Below, one piece after another: positions 34,475-41,630 of a stretch of 41,630 bases of DNA (positions are counted from its first letter, which is position 1; the number at the start of each line of letters is the position of its first letter). The notes under the pieces are model-generated. The model was not told the origin of the DNA. It made no database searches and saw only the letters and a list, made by a program, of their open reading frames with translations. Source of the stretch: Planctomycetota bacterium. Its GTDB lineage: Bacteria > Planctomycetota > B15-G4 > JADJEK01. A program made the translations under genes and the position numbers. Location: positions 1-41,630 of the forward strand of contig JBGAIQ010000048.1 in assembly GCA_044225365.1 (NCBI GenBank), in the 5' to 3' direction.

Positions 34475-37400
34475 TCACTTCGGTCCCGTCCTCAGTTCGG
34501 CCAGCAGCTTCATCAAGGCGACGGGCGCGACGGGCTTCACCATGTGGTAGTCGAACCCGGCCTCGTGGGTGCGGCGGCGGTCCTCGTCCTGCCCCCAACC
34601 GGTCACGGCGATCAGCACGATGGACCGGCCCCAGTCCTGCTGGCGGATGCGACGGCACGCCTCGTAGCCGTTCAGCTTCGGCAGACCGATGTCGAACAAC
34701 ACCACATCCGGCCGGAACCGTTCGGCCTCGTCGACGCCCTGCTGCCCGTCGTAGGCGGTGCGGGTGTCGTTGCCCATCATCTTCAACATCATCCCTAGGC
34801 TGTTGGCACCGTCCGCATTGTCATCCACGATCAGGATGCGGAGGGACGACCTCGGGGCCGGTTCGTCGATCCGCGCGGCGGCGGGCGGGGCCGAAGGCTC
34901 CGCCACGGCTGGGAGCCGAAGGATGAACTCGGACCCCTTTCCCGGACCCCCGCTCCTGGCCTCGACGGTGCCGCCATGCATCTCGGTCAGCCGTCTCACC
35001 AAGGTCAACCCGATACCCAGCCCGCCTTGCGCCTTCTCCAGCGAGAGGTCCACCTGCGAGAACATGTCGAAGATGGTGTCCAGCTTGTCCGCGGGGATGC
35101 CGATCCCGGCGTCCCGGACCGACACCACCACGTCGCCGGCCTGACGCTCGGCAGTCAGCCAGACGTCGCCGTTCGGTTCGCTGTACTTGGCCGCGTTGGT
35201 CAGCAGGTTGGTGAGGACCTGCGCCAGCCGGGTCGAGTCGGCGTCCACGACGATCGGTTGCGGCGGCAGGGTGACGGTCAACCTCTGACCCATGCTGTCC
35301 AGCAGCGGGCGACTCGTCTCCACGGCGCTGTTCACCACCCGGTCCAACCGCACCGGCGCTCGCTTGAGCTCGACTTTTCCGCGCGTGATCCGGCTGATGT
35401 CCATCAGGTCGTCCACCAGTCGCACCATCTGCTCGAGCTGCCGCTCCATCAGCGACAGGGCCTCCTGTCGTGGCCGCTGTTCGCGAGACAGCTTCATGAT
35501 CTCGAGTGCGTTGCGGATCGGAGCCAGCGGATTGCGCAGCTCGTGGGCGAGGGTGGCGAGGAACTCGTCCTTCCTCCGGTCGGCGTCCGACAGAGCGGCG
35601 GCGACCCGACGGAGCTCGTCCTCTAGTTTCTTCCGGTCCGTGATGTCGATTCCGACCGCCTGATACTCGGGGAGTTCCCCGCCGCCAACGGCGACGATGT
35701 TCGTCCACTGCTGCCACCGGACCTCGCCGCCTGCCACGACGACGCGGTGCTCGTTCGTATGCGTCCCCTTGCCGTGAGCCAGCTCCTCCATCAGTCGGTC
35801 GATGACGGCCCGATCCTCGTCGCCCACGAACTCGGTGAACTTCTTTCCGACGAGTTCCTCACGGGACTTGCCGAACGTGCGGCAATAGGTGTCGTTCACG
35901 AACGTCAGCGTGCCATCGGGGCGGAATCGGCAGATGAGGGCGGGGTTGCCCTGCACGATCCTTCGGTACTGCGCCTCGCTCTCGCGCAGTTCGTTCTCCA
36001 GTCGCTTTCGTTCGGTCAGGTCGAGCATCGACCCGACCATTCGAACGGGTCGGCGCTCATCCCGCAGCACCCGGCCCCGGTCGAACACGGCGGCGTAGGA
36101 CCCGTCCGCTCGCCGGTAGCGGTACTCGTCGGTCCAGAACTCGATGCCGCCGTCGATGACGGCGTGGATGCCGCGTTGGATTCGATCCCGGTCCTCGGGG
36201 TGGATGTTCTCGAACCACCACGATGCGTCCGGCCCGATCTGAGCCTCGGTGTAGCCGTACACGCGCCGCAGGCCCTCGTTCCAGGTCACCTTGTTCGTCA
36301 CCAAGTCCCAGTCCCAGATGGCATCGTTGGCCGCCTCCCCGACCAGTCGGTAGCGGAACTCGCTCTCCCGCACCGCTCGCTCGGCCTGCTTCAAAAGGTC
36401 GATGTCGAGATTGATGCCCGCCCAGCAGACGACCTGCCCGTCGGCGTCCCTCACGGGCACGCCGCGCGCCAGGATGTGGTGGTAACGCCCGTCCACTCCT
36501 TTGAAGCGGTGCTCGATGTCCCACACCCCGCCCGTCCGCACGCACTCCTTCCACCCCATGATGGTCTTGGCTGCATCATCGGGGTGGAGTACGTCGCCCC
36601 AGCCGAAATTGGAGCACTGCTCCTGCGTGATCCCGACCATCCGCAGGAACGACTCGCTGGCGTAGACGTTTCGGCCTGACGCGTCACACACCCAGACGCC
36701 GTAGGCGATGGATTCGCCGATGGCCCGGTAACGGGCTTCGCTGACCCGCAGTTCTTCTTCCGCCCGCCGCCGCTCCGTCACGTCCCGGAACACCAGCACA
36801 CAACCCGAGACGTGGCCCACGTCGTCGCGGATGGGAGCGGCGCTGTCGTCGATGGGCCGCTCCCCTCCGTGCTTGGCGACGAGGACGGTGTGATTCGCCA
36901 GCCCGACCACGACCCCTTCCCGTAGCGCTCTTGCCGCCGGGCTCTCGACGGGTTGGCGCGTCTGTTCGTTGACGATGTGGAACACGACGCTCAACGGTTT
37001 TCCCATCGCCTCCGCGACGGTCCATCCCGTCAGCGCCTCGGCCACCGAATTCAGATTCGTGACGTTCCCCTCCGTGTCGGTGGTGATGACCCCATCCCCG
37101 ATGCTGGAGAGCGTCGTTCGTAGTCTGTCCCGCTCGCGTTGAAGTTCCTGTTCGGCCCGCACGCGGGAGGTGATGTCCATGACGACGCCGACGAGACGCA
37201 GTGCCCCGCCCGTCTCACTCTCGACGCCATGCCCTCGCTCCTCGAGCCAGATGACTTCACCTGTGTCCCTGCGGACCATGCGGAATTGGCTGACGTAACT
37301 GCCGCACTCCTCGACCGCCTTCATGACGTTCGCCCGATGGCGGTCCACGTCGCCGGGGTGGATGAGGGCGAACCCTTCCGTGCTAGTGTCGATCCTGGCG

Positions 37401-39847
37401 CCGGGCGAAAGGCCGAACACCTCGGCGGCATTGTCCGAGAAGACGACCCGATCCTCGGAGGGGCTCCACTCCCATGCCACCATCCGGGCCGCACTGAGGG
37501 CGAGCCGCAGCCGAGCTTCACTGTCTCGCACGGCACGCTCCGACTCCCACCGCAGCCGAGACATCTGGACGTGCGCCGTCACTCGGGCCAACAGCTCTCT
37601 CGCGCTGAACGGCTTCACGAGGTAGTCGTCGGCTCCGGCATCCATGCCTTCGACCCGGCTCTCCTCCCCGGCCCGGGCCGACAACATGATGATCGGGATA
37701 CGGCTCGTGACAGGGTCGGCGCGCAAATGCCGAAGCAGCCCGAACCCGTCCAGCCGGGGCATCATCACGTCGGTCAGGACGAGAGCCGGCGGCCGCTTCC
37801 TTGCTTCTGCCAGCGCCGCCTCACCGTCCGGGACGGCAACGACTCGAAAATGCTCATCGAGAAGGTGGGCGATGTACTGCCGCATGTCGGCGTTGTCGTC
37901 TGCCACCAACACAACGGGCCGGTCGTCGGTACCGTCCGGCGGGCGGTGCGGAGACGGAAGGGATTCGCGGTAGGTCGGAAGTTCATGACGGCCGGCATCC
38001 GGCGCCTCGTCGGGCAGCCAGCGCAATGCTTCCTCGAGGTAGGGGCTCGGACCGGTGCCGGTCAGGGCAGCTGGGCGCCCGTCCCCGATCATTTCGGGTG
38101 GGACGTGAGCCGTACCGAGCGGCACGGTGACAGTGAACGTCGTTCCCCGACCGACGACACTCTCGGCGGCGACGGCGCCACCGTGCAGTTTGACCAACTC
38201 CTGCACCAGCGCGAGCCCGATGCCGCTGCCCTCGTGGGTGCGGCCCCGCGCGTTCTGGACCCGGTGGAACCGCTCGAACAACTTGGGCATCTCCTCGGCG
38301 GGGATCCCCGTCCCAGTATCCTGCACCCGAAGTTCGGCGACCCGCCCGACCTGTCGGAGCAAAACCGAGATCTCGCCGTCGAACGTGAACTTGAACGCGT
38401 TCGACAGCAGGTTCAGGACCACCTTCTCCCACATGTCCCGATCCACGAGCACCGGCTCCGACAGCTTCGCGCAATCGACCGTCAGCCGGAGTCCGGCCCG
38501 TTCGACGGCGGCACGGAATACGCTCGCGAGGTCGGTCGTGAACCCTCCGAGGTCGGTCGGCTGGTAGAGCGCCCGCACGCGCCCCGCCTCGATCCGTGAG
38601 AAGTCCAGCAGCGTGTTGACCAGTCTCAACAGCCGCAGCCCGTTGCGGTTCACCACCTCGAGCTGACCGGCTGCGGCTGGCGACAAGTCCGTGTGGCTGC
38701 GAGCCAGCAAGTCTTCGACTGGGCCGAGCATCAGCGTCAAAGGCGTTCGGAACTCGTGGCTGACGTTCGAGAAGAAAGCGGTTTTCGCCCGATCGAGTTC
38801 AGCCAGCGTCTCGGCACGGCGGCGCTCCTCCTCGTACGCACGGGCGCTGGCGACCGCCGCCGCGACTTGAACGGCCAGCAAGTCGAAGAAGCCCCGGTAG
38901 GCGTCGTTCAGAGGGCGACGAGGGCTGACTCCGACCACGACGAACCCAGCGAGTTGCGCCTGCCCCGGCTTCGCCAGCGGCAGAACAAGGGCCCGCTCGG
39001 ACGGTTCGGGCCACGCACCTCCGGGCAGCGGCCCGAATTCGTGAGGTAGGCCGTGGACCTCGACGGCGTTTCCCGTTTCGACGACTCGACGCAAGGGCCA
39101 AGGACCATCGTCACTCTTCACGTCCAAGACGGCGGGGCTGATCGGAGTGTCCGCGCCGACACCCGACGCACCGGCGAGCTTGGCCGTGCGCCCATCCGCT
39201 TCGAGCAAATAGAGGAGGATGAACGGGACGTCGTTCGGGTTGCGACCCAAGGTGCGAGCGGAGGCCTGGCAGGCATCCTCGGCGGACTTCGTTTCGTCGG
39301 TGGTGCGTGCGGCGAGTTCCCGCAGGCTCCGCAGTCGTCGTTCGCCGATGGTCCGCTCGGTGTCCTCGGTGCAGACGATGAGCAGCCCGCCGACCCCGCC
39401 GCCGTCATTGGGGACCGGGCTGTACGAATAGGTGAAGTACGTCTCCTCGAGGAACCCGTTCCGCTCCATGATGAGCAGCCGTTCCTCGTCCCAAGTCGCC
39501 CGTCCTTCCTGCATCACGGTCTCGGTCTGCGGACCGAGGGTGTCCCAGATTTCCGACCAGATGTCGGCTGCGGGCTTTCCGAGCGCATGGGGGTGGCGCT
39601 GGCCGAGGACGGGGATGTAGGCGTCGTTGTAGAAGGAGGTGAGTTCGCGTCCCCACCAGAGCGCCATCTGGTAGCGAGAGTCGAGCATGATCCGCACGGT
39701 CGTCTTGAGACTCTGCGGCCAGACTTCCACCGGCCCGATCACGGTCTTCGACCAGTCGAATGCTCGAGTGCGCTCGCCCATCTCGCCGCCCCCGGCGAGG
39801 AAGGCGAGCGGTGCTAGCGGCGCGGAAGCGTTGTCGGTTGGAGGCAT
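34475..39847 (-). CDS. Hybrid sensor histidine kinase: PAS-like/GAF-HisKA-HATPase-REC-multiple PAS-HisKA-HATPase-REC
   Basis: Two H-boxes (FFSNVSHEFRTPL; FLATLAHELRNPL), two ATPase domains (NLLSNAFKF/DTGTG/GSGIGL; NLLTNAAKY/DAGIG/GLGIGL), two receivers (VADDN...DVMMP; IVDDN...DIGLP) and about five PAS/PAC repeats. Confidence 0.93.
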   Translation of the reverse strand: MPPTDNASAPLAPLAFLAGGGEMGERTRAFDWSKTVIGPVEVWPQSLKTTVRIMLDSRYQMALWWGRELTSFYNDAYIPVLGQRHPHALGKPAADIWSEIWDTLGPQTETVMQEGRATWDEERLLIMERNGFLEETYFTYSYSPVPNDGGGVGGLLIVCTEDTERTIGERRLRSLRELAARTTDETKSAEDACQASARTLGRNPNDVPFILLYLLEADGRTAKLAGASGVGADTPISPAVLDVKSDDGPWPLRRVVETGNAVEVHGLPHEFGPLPGGAWPEPSERALVLPLAKPGQAQLAGFVVVGVSPRRPLNDAYRGFFDLLAVQVAAAVASARAYEEERRRAETLAELDRAKTAFFSNVSHEFRTPLTLMLGPVEDLLARSHTDLSPAAAGQLEVVNRNGLRLLRLVNTLLDFSRIEAGRVRALYQPTDLGGFTTDLASVFRAAVERAGLRLTVDCAKLSEPVLVDRDMWEKVVLNLLSNAFKFTFDGEISVLLRQVGRVAELRVQDTGTGIPAEEMPKLFERFHRVQNARGRTHEGSGIGLALVQELVKLHGGAVAAESVVGRGTTFTVTVPLGTAHVPPEMIGDGRPAALTGTGPSPYLEEALRWLPDEAPDAGRHELPTYRESLPSPHRPPDGTDDRPVVLVADDNADMRQYIAHLLDEHFRVVAVPDGEAALAEARKRPPALVLTDVMMPRLDGFGLLRHLRADPVTSRIPIIMLSARAGEESRVEGMDAGADDYLVKPFSARELLARVTAHVQMSRLRWESERAVRDSEARLRLALSAARMVAWEWSPSEDRVVFSDNAAEVFGLSPGARIDTSTEGFALIHPGDVDRHRANVMKAVEECGSYVSQFRMVRRDTGEVIWLEERGHGVESETGGALRLVGVVMDITSRVRAEQELQRERDRLRTTLSSIGDGVITTDTEGNVTNLNSVAEALTGWTVAEAMGKPLSVVFHIVNEQTRQPVESPAARALREGVVVGLANHTVLVAKHGGERPIDDSAAPIRDDVGHVSGCVLVFRDVTERRRAEEELRVSEARYRAIGESIAYGVWVCDASGRNVYASESFLRMVGITQEQCSNFGWGDVLHPDDAAKTIMGWKECVRTGGVWDIEHRFKGVDGRYHHILARGVPVRDADGQVVCWAGINLDIDLLKQAERAVRESEFRYRLVGEAANDAIWDWDLVTNKVTWNEGLRRVYGYTEAQIGPDASWWFENIHPEDRDRIQRGIHAVIDGGIEFWTDEYRYRRADGSYAAVFDRGRVLRDERRPVRMVGSMLDLTERKRLENELRESEAQYRRIVQGNPALICRFRPDGTLTFVNDTYCRTFGKSREELVGKKFTEFVGDEDRAVIDRLMEELAHGKGTHTNEHRVVVAGGEVRWQQWTNIVAVGGGELPEYQAVGIDITDRKKLEDELRRVAAALSDADRRKDEFLATLAHELRNPLAPIRNALEIMKLSREQRPRQEALSLMERQLEQMVRLVDDLMDISRITRGKVELKRAPVRLDRVVNSAVETSRPLLDSMGQRLTVTLPPQPIVVDADSTRLAQVLTNLLTNAAKYSEPNGDVWLTAERQAGDVVVSVRDAGIGIPADKLDTIFDMFSQVDLSLEKAQGGLGIGLTLVRRLTEMHGGTVEARSGGPGKGSEFILRLPAVAEPSAPPAAARIDEPAPRSSLRILIVDDNADGANSLGMMLKMMGNDTRTAYDGQQGVDEAERFRPDVVLFDIGLPKLNGYEACRRIRQQDWGRSIVLIAVTGWGQDEDRRRTHEAGFDYHMVKPVAPVALMKLLAELRTGPK

Positions 39848-40158
39848 GGAGTTCTCTCGGGGCAACGGCCTCACGTGCCGTTGATGCAGGCGCGTACCGA
39901 ATCGAGTCGCCCGTCGTGCAACCGGGCGATCTCGAGGAGAATATCAGACCGGACCAGGAGATGGCGGCGCACCGCCTCCGGTGTCTTCTCGGCGCGCAGT
40001 CGCAGCCAAGAACCGGGTCGTTCCGATCGCTTTCGAGAGCAGCGCGGCGGACACGGAAGATCTCGGTCCGCAGCATCCGCTTCAGCGACGAGGTGGCGTC
40101 TCCCCACCCGTTCGGTCATCGCGAATTCGAGGGCCGCTCGCGAACAACTTCGATCTGT

Positions 40159-40189
40159 TGCGGTTTGTTGCGATTGCCGACAAACCGCA
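40159..40189. repeat. Intergenic inverted repeat
   Basis: TGCGGTTTGT-N11-ACAAACCGCA, a perfect 10-bp inverted repeat in the divergent intergenic region. Confidence 0.7.
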
Positions 40190-40335
40190 GGCCGCATCGC
40201 GCGTTGGCGTGACTCCTCCCTTTCCCGCTCCCGCCACGATCGATGATCCGAAGGCCTCCCTTCATTCGCTCCCGTGCGGTAGAACAGAGGGCGGTTCGGA
40301 AAGAGTGGTCCCTCCTGTTCTTGGAGTCCTGGCTC

Positions 40336-41619
40336 ATGAAGTTCGCTTCGTTTTCATCCATCGCGCTCGTCGGCGTTCTCGCGATTCACGGGTCGGCGGC
40401 ATACTCCGCCCCCCAGAACCCGGCCAATCCGGGGAAGAAGCCGCCGGCGGCCGCCGCGGTCGATGGCGAGAACGCCGTGAAGAAGGCCGGCGCGGCGGTC
40501 GCGGGAGCGGCGCAGTCCCTTCCCACCACTGCGGAAGAGCGCCAGAAGCGGATCGAGTCGGCGCTGAAGTTCCTCGGGACGCAGCAGAAGGAAGGGCGAT
40601 TCGGCTCCGGCGTGGCGAGCGATCCCGGCGTCACCGCGATCGCGCTCTCGTCGGTCATCAAGACCACGGCGAAGTTCAAGCTCGACCGGCCGGCGTGGGT
40701 CGGCCAGGGACTCGACTACCTCGCGAGCCTGCAGAAGCCCGACGGATCGATCTACCAGCAAGGCCTGCAGAACTACATCACGAGCGTGTCGATCGAAGCG
40801 CTCGTCGCGTCGGGCGACGCGAAGTACGCGAAGGTGATCGAGAAGGCGCTCGCCTACGTGAAGCAGGGTCAGTTCGACGAAGCCGAGGGCTTCTCGGCGG
40901 AGAAGGACAACGAATACGGCGGATTCGGATACGGCAGCGCCGAGCATCCCGAAACCGATCCCAAGGACCATCCCGACCTGTCGAACACCCAGCTCGCACT
41001 GCAGGCGCTGCATGACGCCAAGGTCGACAAGAACGATCCGGCGTGGAGCAAGGCCGTCACGTTCCTCCAGCATTGCCAGAACTCGACCGAGACCGGCGCG
41101 AAGCCGTTCACGCAGCCCGACGGCAAGGTGATCGTGCCCGGCAACGACGGCGGCGCGATGTACCGCCCGGGCAGCAGCAAGGCGGGCATCGACCCGATCG
41201 GCGACAACAAGTTCACGGGCCGCAGCTACGGTTCGATGACCTACTCGCTCCTCAAGTGCTACCTGTTCGCCGGCGTCGACCCGAAGGACCCGCGCGTCGC
41301 CGCCGCGATCGACTGGATCCACAAGCACTACACGCTCGAGACGAATCCCGGATTCGATGCCGCGACCAAGAACGCGCAGTACCAGGGCCTTTATTACTAT
41401 TACCTCAGCCTCGCGCGCGCGCTGTCCGGACTCGGCCAGGAAGTCATCAAGGACGGCGACGGCGTCGAGCACAAGTGGCGCACCGAGCTCGAGACGAAGC
41501 TCTACGAACTGCAGGCCGAGGACGGCCACTGGGTGAACGACCGCTCCCCCCGCTGGATGGAGAACAACGTCGTGCTCGCCACGGGGTACGCACTCCTCGC
41601 CCTCGGGGAACTGCGCTAA
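40336..41619 (+). CDS. Secreted prenyltransferase/squalene-cyclase-repeat (alpha-alpha barrel) protein
   Basis: GGAG RBS and signal peptide MKFASFSSIALVGVLAIHGSAAYS. QW-like repeats are LGTQQKEGRF, LASLQKPDGSI and LQAEDGHW, plus GGFGYG, DLSNTQ, DGGAMY and YGSMTY. Confidence 0.8.
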   Translation: MKFASFSSIALVGVLAIHGSAAYSAPQNPANPGKKPPAAAAVDGENAVKKAGAAVAGAAQSLPTTAEERQKRIESALKFLGTQQKEGRFGSGVASDPGVTAIALSSVIKTTAKFKLDRPAWVGQGLDYLASLQKPDGSIYQQGLQNYITSVSIEALVASGDAKYAKVIEKALAYVKQGQFDEAEGFSAEKDNEYGGFGYGSAEHPETDPKDHPDLSNTQLALQALHDAKVDKNDPAWSKAVTFLQHCQNSTETGAKPFTQPDGKVIVPGNDGGAMYRPGSSKAGIDPIGDNKFTGRSYGSMTYSLLKCYLFAGVDPKDPRVAAAIDWIHKHYTLETNPGFDAATKNAQYQGLYYYYLSLARALSGLGQEVIKDGDGVEHKWRTELETKLYELQAEDGHWVNDRSPRWMENNVVLATGYALLALGELR

Positions 41620-41630
41620 GCAACGGCTCC

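Overview
This is a high-GC bacterial chromosomal window, most likely from an uncultured Planctomycetota. That assignment is an inference from the zinc-ribbon SpoVG, the FG-GAP and lamin-tail secreted proteins, the secreted prenyltransferase-repeat protein and the ECF/HEAT anti-sigma pair. It holds about 35 CDS, mostly core metabolism: pyrC, a cysteine-synthase-family enzyme, psd, an apparent pssA-folK/panC/ispE/spoVG/panG-like/aroDE operon, a thioredoxin-like gene coupled to a PTPS gene, and folP-cdaA-cdaR-glmM-tsaB. These sit among secreted or uncharacterised proteins. I recognised no rRNA, tRNA, transposase, integrase or CRISPR-Cas. Most notable observations: (1) an in-frame PssA-FolK fusion; (2) a 10-unit intergenic palindromic tandem array at 5928-6264; (3) an unnamed ~125-aa domain shared by two secreted proteins, C-terminal in one and N-terminal in the other; (4) a PTPS with the animal-type CX5HGH motif facing the folK fusion; (5) an ECF/ZAS-HEAT anti-sigma pair followed by an internally duplicated, secretin-like secreted protein; (6) an HExxH plus zinc-ribbon SprT-like protease; (7) a 5.4-kb double-kinase hybrid sensor gene with foreign-looking codon usage. 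All family calls come from motif recognition by eye. No searches were run.
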